A program made the position numbers and the translations under genes. DNA of 64,000 bases from positions 20,770,001 to 20,834,000 of the forward strand of contig CM022671.1 in the NCBI GenBank assembly GCA_012295275.1, read 5' to 3'. How positions within the stretch are numbered: position 1 is the stretch's first letter; each line of letters begins with the position of its first letter. A model generated the notes under the pieces. It was given only the letters and a program-made list of their open reading frames with translations. It was not told where the DNA came from and searched no databases. Below, piece after piece: positions 41,024-52,890 of this stretch. The DNA comes from Chrysomallon squamiferum (Eukaryota; Animalia; Mollusca).

Positions 41024-41084
41024 CTAAGTCTGAGGCTGCGGCGATCGAAAGCAAAACACACAAAACTAACACGTATTTCAGCAT
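41024..41084 (-). CDS. Secreted cysteine-rich peptide copy D, exon 1 (MLKYVLVLCVLLSIAAASDL)
   Basis: ATG at 41084. One synonymous change versus copy B (TCT>TCG). Donor G|gtaaat is intact. Confidence 0.85.
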
Positions 41085-41133
41085 ATTGACGTTTCTCGAT
41101 CAGGCGATGAGAATAGTTTAGTTCTGTGCTGAA

Positions 41134-41151
41134 TTTTATACTTTATTTATA
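41134..41151 (-). promoter_or_regulatory. Tandem TATA boxes of copy D
   Basis: Same motif and spacing relative to ATG 41084. Confidence 0.65.
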
Positions 41152-41448
41152 GAGGTGAGAGTTTATCTTACTTTGGTGATTTCTGTTAATTACATATTTT
41201 TCGGTTCATTTTTTTTATTATTATTATTTTTAGCAATGGGTGATTTAGACCATAATTAATGTAAACTTAAATATTGTAAGATTATATTTAATGCGGAAGC
41301 AATAATACGTATCTATATCTCTATCTTTTAATAAATAACAAAACATTTTCAGTTAATATGCAGCATTTCACGGTTTTAATTTAATCGACTCATTGAAAAA
41401 AATTAATATTTATCGTTATGAAATTGACTCAGAGGGGAACATCTATAC

Positions 41449-41488
<40 letters not shown>

Positions 41489-43002
41489 TGTTATATACCT
41501 TTTAAAATGTTTGTCAATAAATATATTATTAATAATAATTTTATTTGTAGCTTTTAAAATTTTAGTATAAGAATATCTCGGTCAGTGAATAACCTTAATC
41601 AATTCTTCAGATAACTTTTCTATCTAGTCAGGTCGCTTCTTATTGCAGGGTGAAATGATTGATTTGTTCCAGTAATTGTTTTAATAATTCAAAAGTTAAT
41701 GCATATGAATGCATTTAGTTGAAAAACACGAAATGTTTATCCACTGTCATATAAATCACACATACACACTTTAACAGATACATTCACATATACATTTACA
41801 AGCTACACATCGCAAACGTGCACACGCAAATATATACATTAATATATATTCTGGAATCAGACCATTGACATGAGGGTGAATAATTAAAGTGTGAAAAAAT
41901 AATAGCAACAGTAAAAAAATAAAATAAAATAACAGCAACAGTAACAAGCAAGCAAAACAGATTTTTGAAGAGTTCAGACAATATTTAAAAAAAAAAATTA
42001 AATTAAAAAAATATAAAATAAAACGACAAACAAAATAAAAGAGAGGTTTTATAAAAATGTAATTTGGGTGATTCCTGTTGTAAATGGAAAACTCGACTGT
42101 GATGTTTGTTCATAGTGTCGAATGGAGACCATTCCGACAATGTCTACAGTATGTTTTAGCCTGCACGGACTATTTGCTTTTTGTTACATGTACGTTTTTC
42201 GTGTCCCCGCATACTTTCACACTGGAATGCAATACACATACTATGTGGCTTTGTCACTGAGCTAGATGGATGTTACAACTTAAGCAAAACTTTTGTTTAG
42301 CTTCAACTTTTCATGACTCGAATCGATAGCTACATTGTGGACACATTGGAGTATTTTTAATTCAGCTAAAGCAGAATGTGAAAATTAAATGAATATCATT
42401 GACGGCAGTCTCTCTTCTGAAATTATGAAAGCGACCATTTACAGCTTGACTACGTAACTGCAGGATTAATGTAGGACTCGATGGCTCATGAGAAATTTAC
42501 AAAAGTTTGAGAAGCCACATCAGAGATTCGATCCCTACATACTTTAGACCGAAGTTCAGTAAATTAATCATAGAAATGAAAAGATCTGACGTAGTCTGAG
42601 TAATCAGTGTTCACTCAATATCCCTCGCAGTGACGTCACTGAAGACAGCTTGAAGTCAATACAGTGTTAGTGAGAAAACGATTGATGAAGAAAACGCCAG
42701 ACAAACAGGAAAACGCGTGCCGGCTATCGGATACATTGCTGTATGAACAACTCCGGGGTTAATACCAGAAAAGCTTTCATTTAAGATTTAGTCAACGATA
42801 AGAATGCGTTATTTGAACTCACTCCCAGTTTGTCAGCGGGAAAACTCACAACGCAGAGGCACTCGCGTTAATCTAGAGAAAGTCTTGAGAAGATTGTCTT
42901 GATTTTGTAGCCAACAATTTTCGTGATTTTTAAAACTTAATTTGGCTATAGTCTTGAAACATCTGTAAGTTAAACTGAAAATGCAACTATATGTCATTTA
43001 TC

Positions 43003-43039
<37 letters not shown>

Positions 43040-43779
43040 ATAATAATAATAATATTAATAATAATAAAAACACAAAAATAAGTAAAATAAAATACAAAAT
43101 AAAATAATAATGATAATAATAATAATAATAAAAAAGAGGAAAATCAACAACAGATTGATACTAGGTAAATCCTGTACATAGCTAGCTGTATGGAATGTCG
43201 AAATGACATGACTATTAGGCAAAAGCTGGAATAACGCTGAAACAAACAAAACTGTTATAAATAAATAAGTCTGGCTTAATGTTTAATAATATAACAGCAT
43301 AAACTAATAGCAACAATAACAACAGTTATAAATAAATAATAAAAAGGTCGATTAAACATGGTGGAACAATAGATAAAATTAAATTATTTACATTTTATTG
43401 GCGTTCTGTACACTTCAGTAAGTATTTTCATGGTTTAGAAAACGAATCTTTCTTTCTTTCTTTCTTTCTCTCTATCTATCTACCTCTCCATATCTCTGTC
43501 TCTGTCGTATACTTTATTTATGTTTAGTGACAGACAGACGGACAGAGTGACAGAGAAAGAGAGATACTAACGGAGATATAGAAAGTGAGAAAGAAAGAGT
43601 AATATATCCATAGTCACACAGAAAACTGCGAGAGTCAAAGAGGGATGAAATTAAATAGAAATTTAAACTGAGATAAAATGTGTGAGAGAGAGAGAGAAAG
43701 AGAGAGATGCGACTGAATGTCCATCAGTTCTACCAGTTTTAACTGTCACATACAAATCTTAAAATTATATCTCACACAG

Positions 43780-45678
43780 AATAACAGAATTACATTATTA
43801 TCAGGTAACCTCACAAGCTAGAGAAACGTAGTAGTTTCAGATCATTTCAGAAAGAGATCATTTTAACTTTTAAAAAAAAGTGTGTGCGTTTGAAATTTGT
43901 AATATCGTGTCTGTATCCTTTCTGTTTTCATAATAATAGTTTTTGTTTTCAGTAACCACAGTTTTACATGGGTTAGATCTATGTAGAAAGTTTGTAGATC
44001 TCAACAAGTGAACGGAATGATTGGAAAAATTCCACAAAGACTGAGTGATTGAAAGTTTTGATACCAGAAATGATGGAGAAAAGAAAAAAGAATATGCCTT
44101 GATTGCATGCTGAAAATTTAAACATAAAAGGAGCAACATCATTATTTCTTACTAAAGCATCGTATTTTTTTGTTGTTGTTAAATGCATCAACTGTCTCCT
44201 GAAAAATATTCCATCTCGATACAAAATGGATCTTGTTTTTCTTAATTTTTGTTATGGAACGTTTGTTTTGAAAGATAAGAAATATAGTGTTTAATCTGAA
44301 ACAATAACTGGTCAAAATGTATCCCAAGAAAGAACATTTATTTATTTATGTTCTGATTACAACAATGATAAAAAAAGCTGAGAGCCTTTTTTTTTTTTTT
44401 TTTTTTTCGGATGGAAATTACATAATTAATTCGATGTAAACGAATGAACGTATAAATGAATAAACGAATGGCTGACTAATTGAACGAATGGTTGAATGAA
44501 TAAATGAATAAATAAATAGTTGTTTAATAAAACTTCGTTCAGTTTCATTATTACTGGTTATCAGGCGTCAAAAATCTGCAATAGTTTAGTATAATGATGA
44601 TGGTACGCATATTGGTACAAGGAGGGAAGTACTTACCCAACCAAGTCTTTGGAAAGCTGATCTTGGAGTTCTGACTGGAACAGAAAATTATACTGTAAAC
44701 GGTTTGATTGATCCATCATAGCATTTTAGGCTACGGCTGCTTTTCCTGTAAACTGACATTCGTCCCTTTACGTGGAAGTTGAACAAATTTTACATGTTAA
44801 TCATTAATGATGTGATTTAGTCAGTTTCTTAATCAAGAAAGTTTAGACCAGGATAAATAAAGTCATAAAGTTATTCTTAGTTTTGTTGAACCTTATAATA
44901 GATATAAATGAAGATTTAGATTTGGTCAACCTAGATATAAATAAATATTTTCAGCTTGGTTCAGCTTATGAAGACAAATGGAGTCTTGGGTATGCTGAAC
45001 CTACCAATAAAAATAAATGAAACTGGACAATGAATTTTCTTCATTGTTATACTGCACCCTTTGACAGCGTACAGTACTTAAAATAAAACCAGTTTATGCC
45101 TTACTCTTACTTATTTATTTGTTTTCCAATTAACGATGTTGCCAGAAAAATAAAATAAAACATCTTGATTGCCCAAAGGAGTTTTTAGGACATTGTTTAT
45201 TGTTTTTGCGTCTTTATGAGATTTTTTTTTTACTTAATCCAAAAGGCTTGGTGGTCTTTTTAACCAAAACAAAACAGACTCTATATGTTAGTCCTAATGT
45301 TGTTAAAAAAATTCCTTGTTCTTATTTTACTTTTACATTCCTGTTTTTGAGTTAACTGTCACGTACTGACGGAATAGCAAGACTTCCATTACTGCTGGAA
45401 AGGGAACGTTAACGGATATTGTGTCAGTTTTTATTTTTCGGCGAATTTGCCAAATGTTTCTTCGAGTGCTTGCAGCACTTCCATTTGGCAAGAATGATTA
45501 CCTTTCATTGCCAATCGATAAGCTGGTTCGTAAAAATCCAACAAAAGACGATACGTCACGGCGGGACACAGACTTCAGATTACTGACGTGGATTAATAAA
45601 AAGAAACTACGTTTCTTGTTTTTCTTTCTCAACAGCCAACTTCACCGCTTCCATAACATGGCTGAGCAAAAAAAGTCT

Positions 45679-45711
<33 letters not shown>

Positions 45712-45943
45712 CTCTCTCTGGCACTTTTTCTGTGCTTTCATCTCTTGTTAACTTTCATAAATCTTGTATTTCCCTAAATTGATGTTTCTATCTATTCCAT
45801 CTCTCTGGGTTTTTCTTTTTCCCGTTTCTGTGAAAAAAAAAAAAAAAAACTATTCATTAAAGGTAAATTACTTTGTCAAAAGATGATGATAATAATAATA
45901 GTAATAGTAGTAGTAATAATAAAAAAAAAAAAAATAATAATAA

Positions 45944-45974
<31 letters not shown>

Positions 45975-46700
45975 AACAAGAACAAGAAGAACAAGAACAA
46001 CAACAGCAACAAAAACAACAAGTATGATAATGATAATGATGACGATGATAATATCGTCGTATTTATAGTTTAGAAGAAAAAAAATAAAAAGAAATATTGC
46101 AACAATAAGACATAAATAAATAAACAAATAAATAAATGAAAATAGAAACAGTTGACTATAATAATTATTATTATTAGATTTCTTTAATCAAGTTTACATA
46201 ACTCTGACCAAATACACAAATAAGGAAAACTGCGCAGTTTTAGTAAGTTTGCCCATTCCACGATGAAGTCATGTTGACAATAAGTGACCTAATAATACCC
46301 ACTTGTCATATTCGCAACCAGCTCGAATGATTCAGTAATTTGATTAATACTTTTTTTTTTTTTTTTTTTTTACTTTTTCAAAAATCGACATTCGATTTCT
46401 GCTCGCGGTTTTTTCTTCAAGACAATTTTTAATTTCATCTCTTCAGATTTCTATAAGTTTCTAAAACATGGTGTGACACAAACTTTTTTATCATTATTAT
46501 CTCATGAAAAGAAGGTTAAGGCTAAAATCAATTTCTAGGTCGTTTTGACCTTTCCTTACGGTTTCATCATAAAATTTTCAAGTATATTTTAATCAGTTTG
46601 TCTCTTCCATTTTCGTTTTGACAGAATATTCTTAGAAGTGGTGTCTAAGATGAATTGTTATATACAAAGCATATGTTTAATGTTTACGTTTTGAATTACG
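43780..46700. repeat. Older, diverged partial copy of the array unit's non-coding blocks; no peptide exon seen
   Basis: 43790-43840 resembles 32600-32650; 45490-45550 (ccaatcgataagctg) resembles 33455/36885; 46220-46680 (aaaatcgacattcgatttct, aatttcatctcttca) resembles 33660-33830 and 37100-37520. Confidence 0.7.
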
Positions 46701-46973
46701 TACATTTATGTTTATAATAGACAGATATTTTCTTAAAATCAATTTAGTAACTATTACCAGCAATATGGTTCTGAGGTATGTAAAATAAGTAGGATAAGAC
46801 AATCAATAAAAAGCCAAAAAAGGACAAATAATCAAAACACAAAACCCGGACAATAAACAAAATGAATAAACAAAGAGATATACAAACAAAATAGCAACCA
46901 TGTAAATAAATAAATAAATAAATAAATAAAAGCTAAAAATGAAAAAATACAATAACAACAAAAACAAAAAAAA

Positions 46974-47020
<47 letters not shown>

Positions 47021-47953
47021 TAATAATAATAATAATAAATAAATAAATAAATAAATAAAAACTTTTAAACAAAATCTATAAATAATTTAAAAAAAAAAAA
47101 TAAAAAAATAAAATTAAAAAAAAAAAAATATATAGTAATAATAGAAAAATATTTAGATAAAAAATGAAGTAAAATGAACAAAACAACCAAAAAAAAAAAA
47201 AAAAAACCACACGAACAAATGAAACTGTAAAACAGTCATCAATAAATAAATGAAAAAGTCCACACACACAAAAACAAAGTGCGTGTTATGGAAAGCGGGC
47301 AGCTGTACTAGTCAGCCAGGCAGGTGAAGTTTCTCCTCATCTACCTCACACCTCAGTAACTTGCAGATGTAGCAGACGTCGTCGTCTAACGTCGCAACAG
47401 CCATGTTGTTTACATACATCTGACGATCTGTTTTATTCATGGCGCCATTTCGCATCACGGTGCTGTCGGAAATAGAAAGAAGCGCGATTGTAATTAGCGG
47501 GAAGAAACATTTTCGTATTTCTGAGCATTCGCATGTAATTTTCCAGGCCACCTATTCTTTGCTGGAAATTGTAGTGGCTTCCTATCTCCTATTAAACATC
47601 GTGGAACCCACGAAGTTGCTCATTACAAGGTGCTGGATTCTGTTACTGCGTATTGATCTTTGCTGGACGGACCCGCCAAGACGAGACACATGTATCTTTT
47701 TCTTTAACACAGAGCTCAGATTCCTCGTGTCTCTCGACGCTTCGCGTGGTTTTTACTGGCTTACACTGACACTTTAGTAGCTGTTAAGATTTATCCATTG
47801 CTTTACAGTCCTTGCTTTGTTTACCTGTTCGTTAGCTTTATTAATTCACAGTTTTTCGTCAAATGTGAAATTCATTAATTTAAAAAAAAAATAAAAAAAA
47901 TATTAATTAAGCTTAATTTATTATTATCATCATCACCATCAACATCATCATCA

Positions 47954-48006
<53 letters not shown>

Positions 48007-49436
48007 TTAAATATGTATATGTATTAAAATATTTCTGCATAAATATATTTTATAAATTATTGTTTTAATATATACATATATACATAATAAAGAATTTATA
48101 AAATATATTTTGGAGAAATATTTTAATATTTATTTAATATATATATATATATATAATTTACAGTATTTATCTGAATGAATGCAGGTAGAATGCAAGATTT
48201 TAATTTTTTTATTATTATTATTTTTATATTCTGAAAGATTAAAAGCATTACTATCTGAAGTTGTTTCCTCTTTTATTCATTCAGACTTTTGTTGAAAAAA
48301 AAAAAAAGCAAAATCATTAATCATAAATTTATTTCATTTTTTTTTTCACGAACTCTTTCATAACATTCCGTAACGATTTTTTAATTAAGCATTATTAATT
48401 AGTAGCAAAACATTATTTTGATATAACATCGATTAACAACGGATTTACAGAGCTACCTTTTCTTCTTTCTTTGTATTTAAGATAACAACATACATGCAAA
48501 CAAACAAACGTCGATGGATCTTTTTAATGTAAATCTTTTGTCCTGTTTCTTTGAATACTTTGCAATAACTCTGAAGACTTCTTCATTATTTGTATATCAT
48601 CCCTACCTCGTTCACCTTCGGATCATTCATATACGTATCACTGATACGAAACCCAAGAGCACTGGCTGAAACGACGAAGATTATTGCAATTTGCCTGCCT
48701 TTGTTGCCGACTCAAACACGTCACTATTCAGAAAATATAACAAACGACTGATGCGATGCATTAATAAACCATAATGCTGAACACGGCTGATGTTCAGCTA
48801 ATCATTGTACGAGTTCAAGTTGATGGAATCTGCATTGATCTCCACATGAGCTTGATTAGCTATGCTTGTTGGCACGTTGTCCATGCTAATTGAAATGCAA
48901 AATGACCACAGAAAGACGCGCGTGCTTTCAAAAGATTCCACAAATTGCCCTATTATCTGCATCAGTGTTGGAGAAGATCTAAATCTCGGCTTAACAATAA
49001 AGTGTTTTTTTTATTAGTATTATTTTTTTTTTTAATGTAGTCTGTTAGAAAAGTACAGACAAGACGTCATACGAAAGAGTAAAAGTCCACATCGTGAAAA
49101 ATTAATGATGTCATCAAATATGGATTTGTTTTTGGAGGTTTTTTCTTTTTTTTCTTTTTAAAAAAAAAGAAAAGAAAAAATGAAATTTTAAATTTAAAAT
49201 ATTTGGTTTCATTAATTAACATGTGTTATTATTGTTTTTAAAATATCACATAAATTTATAATTAACGATCTTCTCTGGTTCACGGCATATAAAGTAGGGA
49301 TAAAGAATACAAGAGCCAATAGTATACGTTATATTTTAAACAGCGTCTTTGATAAACCTAATACTAAAATCCTACAAATAACGATGATGAGAGTAAGTAT
49401 GTTGATAATAATGGTAGTGATGAAAGCGATAACCAT

Positions 49437-49499
<63 letters not shown>

Positions 49500-51007
49500 T
49501 ATTATTATTATTATTATTATTATTATAAAATTAAGAAAGTAGCTTTGTTATAAGTAAAACAAATTTCAAAATTTGATCATACATGAATTCACCCTTCAGC
49601 TGTCTGGATTTTATCAGACTGTGTCACCATATGACACTTAACCCCGTCAAGTCTGCGATCAGTGAGTGGCAAAGTATTATACCCACTAAGCAATTATTGA
49701 AAATATGTAACCCTTCATCTTTCAGCCTGCATGGAAAATTACAACGAACCTTATCGGACAAGTGGACCTGAAAGAAAATCAATTTTCGAATATTATGATT
49801 CTTTGATTTATTTCACTGTGACGTAGTGCTTATCACATATATTCTTGGCTAGTTCAGACCCTCGGTGCCGCTACGAACACATTTGTCAAATTTCAGAGCC
49901 TGGTTTTAAGATAAATGCTCGAAGACAACAGTATTAAATAATAATTTCAATTATGATTTTAAAAATACACGAGCATATTACCTAGTCTTCTAGTCAATAA
50001 TTACAGAGTAAGTAAAAATTCAGGTATATATATATACGTAATTATTGACTAGAAGATTAGTTTTCGTGTATTTTTTATATATATATATATATATATATAA
50101 TTGGACCGTCTCATTATCAAGACTGTAGAAAGGAAAAAAGTAATGGTGATACCAGCTGATTGGATCAACCTTTGCACATATAACAGCATGCCAATAAACT
50201 GTTGCTTTTGAGTCGATACATTGACGGAAATTTGACTGCTTAAGAAATGTTAAGGTGAACACAGCATCGAAATGTCTATGCCTTTAGGGTTCTTAATGAT
50301 CCATTCGATCTTTTCTCGGGCCGACATGTTGAAAATATTGACAATGTTCTATAACGGTGAAGGGAATTAACGGAAAAACGATGGTTATCTTTCAGTAACA
50401 AGGGCATTTTCGTAATCATAAAGAAACAGAAAAAAAAACCCCCAGAAGTCTGTACTTATTTAAAAAGACCCAACATTTTTGCCTTTAACGAGGTGTAGTT
50501 AAACGTTAGGTCAACTAGAATTCAATTTTGAAACCCAGATCGCCTGATAAGTAGTTTATTGACAGGGAAAAAAAGAATGCATAAATACCTGTTAGGACTA
50601 AGCCGGAATGTAAAAGAATTCATCCCATGAGAGACAGTAATTGTATTATTTGAAATGAGATCTTGTTTAGAGTAATTACTTACACGTGAATTCGGATGTC
50701 ACCAGTATTAAATTCAAGGCTGGAACTCTGCGTTTTGATAGGAGATACATTCCAATTTTGAAAAACAAAATCAACAAAAACAAGAAAAAAAACCCCATAT
50801 ATTTGGCCGTTAAAACATTATAAGGCATAGGAATTGAAATACATGAAATTATTTTAATGCGAACATTTATATTGTTTCAGTCTGAATATTTCAACAACAA
50901 ACAGCAACAACAACAACAATAGTAAATAAATAAAGATTTTCCTTTGTAATTATTTAGCGTCGTATAAATAAGTATTCTTTACTGTGAATGTGCTCGTTAA
51001 AACTGGA

Positions 51008-51084
<77 letters not shown>

Positions 51085-52091
51085 GCACGCACACACACAC
51101 ACACACATTATTTTCATTTCCAAAACTAAACTGAATAATAATAAACAATTCCAAAAATATGGAAGTTTAGCGATTCCTTGTAATCTCGACGGCTGAGAAA
51201 GAAAATGTCACAAACTAAACATTGCATTTGTTGTAATTCACTGAGCGCAATATTTCATCAGTCGCTGTATGAATGAGGTACAAACAAACCCGTGCAATGC
51301 GTGACAGGGTGAAGGAAAAGATGATGGCGTATGTTTACACAGATCCACATATGTCAGACGTCGACATTTAAGGATTTCCAGTAACCTTGTAATCTGGTCC
51401 TTTGACTTCGACGTGTCATTATCATGCGTGTTCATTCGGTTAAGAATTGTTTGTTGATCCGGGGCAGGAAAACTAACTTGTTCGTCAGCAAACAGTTAAT
51501 GTACTTTAGAAAATCTCGGTGAAGATGTATTAACAAGACACCAAGCATGTCGTCGAAGGGAAGAGCATCATTTGCACATTCTTACCATTTTTCATTTTAA
51601 GTTCATTAAATAAAGTCTGTTTGTTATACAGTAAATAATAAATAAATAAATAAATAAATAAATATCAAGAGAAAAACACACATACACACACAGGCAGATA
51701 GATATTTAAATGGATATAATTACAGATAAAGTGTTTGCTTTATTGATAACAACATACAAAGAGATGGATTGCATGAAGACCACCATGAATGTAATAACGA
51801 AGGCACGTTTGTGTTTTTACTTAGATGCTCTATTATGTCTACCGCACTCAAGATCTTTCAGGCCAGCTGTCATACTTTTTTCATATCTTTTGTAAACCTA
51901 TCTTTAAAAAAATATTTAGACATCGAAGTCATAAATATATACTGTTACATCGACATGGCAATAATCTAAGCAGCTGTCTTTCATAAAACATTCATTTTCG
52001 TCAGCTGTCATTCAAATATATAAAACATGATTAGCCTGCGTCTACGTAGATTCTGTATTTAAATAATAAAAATGTTGATGATGATGATGAC

Positions 52092-52163
<72 letters not shown>

Positions 52164-52859
52164 AAGAATTACAACAGCAACAACAACAACAACAACCACA
52201 GTAATAATATTAATAAATGTTTATAGTAATATACATATATATGCTTCACTTGTATCGTTCCAAGAAAAAAAAAAAAGTAAAAACTTGTTGGATAAACAAA
52301 ATGCGTTGATTTCCCGGAAAACGAGCAGTTATCTCTAGAAGATATAAGAAAGGAATGGGATTCGATCCTAGATCATACCAAACCTAAATTCCACAGGTTA
52401 AGTCTTAAATACTTACCAGCCGAATCTGGCAGCGCTCTTTGTATTGAGGCTGTTCCACGCAGCATTGCCTAATCCGCGTGAAGACTTCCGTATTAGTGAG
52501 GAAATTACTTATTTTGTCAATGTTTATGGAGCTAAGTGACGCGTCAGAATCACGAGTTTATTATTGATGTCATGTGAGCAGTGAGAAGAAATGAATGTGT
52601 ACTTTCAGTTTTTTTTTTTTTTTTTTTTAATGCAGACCTATGCCAACATGGAATTAGGTGTTTTGAGAAAGAAAGAATTTTGAGATCAAAAACTGAATCA
52701 GAAATAAGATGTGAAGATGTGCATTAGAAAGAAAAACTGAAAAAAAAGAAAGAATAGAGAATTTTCCAACTTCAAATAAAGCATTAAATAATAAATAAAT
52801 AAAAGAGAGAAATAGAAAAAAATAAACAAGAACAACATTGATCTCTGTCGAGAAGCGAT

Positions 52860-52890
<31 letters not shown>

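Larger units (their letters stand above)
30850..41500. repeat. Tandem segmental duplication array, four units of ~2-3.6 kb, each carrying the peptide gene
   Basis: ATGs at 31989, 35150, 38798 and 41084 (spacings 3161, 3648, 2286). Shared non-coding blocks recur in the same order, e.g. acattattatcag at ~31095/32600/36270, gtccatgga..ctgaagattgaaattatttactgattt at ~31270/32900/36550, and ggcaggtgtgactt at ~34250/37910/39750. Boundaries are approximate. Confidence 0.9.

Noticed and set aside
31792-41084. Unspliced 62-68 aa ORFs MLKYVLVLCVLLSIAAASDLGKFIF... as membrane proteins
   Set aside because: The hydrophobic tails are translations of intronic (TTTA)n/(TTAC)n repeats after the conserved G|gtaaat donor.
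30850-41500. CRISPR-like or transposon interpretation of the repeated blocks
   Set aside because: The units are kilobase-scale eukaryotic gene duplications with introns. There is no short repeat-spacer periodicity, terminal inverted repeat or transposase/RT coding sequence.
43975-44112. Plus-strand frame LCRKFVDLNK*TE*LEKFHKD*VIESFDTRNDGEKKKEYALIAC with in-frame TGA codons (selenoprotein or pseudogene idea)
   Set aside because: No recognisable family and no SECIS identified. It is the antisense of an open minus-strand frame and could arise by chance.
49438-49526. (AAT)n directly followed by (ATT)n, forming a perfect hairpin
   Set aside because: A common by-product of microsatellite inversion in AT-rich genomes, with no evidence of function.
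42515-52430. Isolated tRNA B-box-like strings (gagattcgatccct ~42525, gggattcgatccta ~52358; also ggaatcgaac ~25658)
   Set aside because: No cloverleaf could be folded. At most these are eroded SINE heads, too weak to call.
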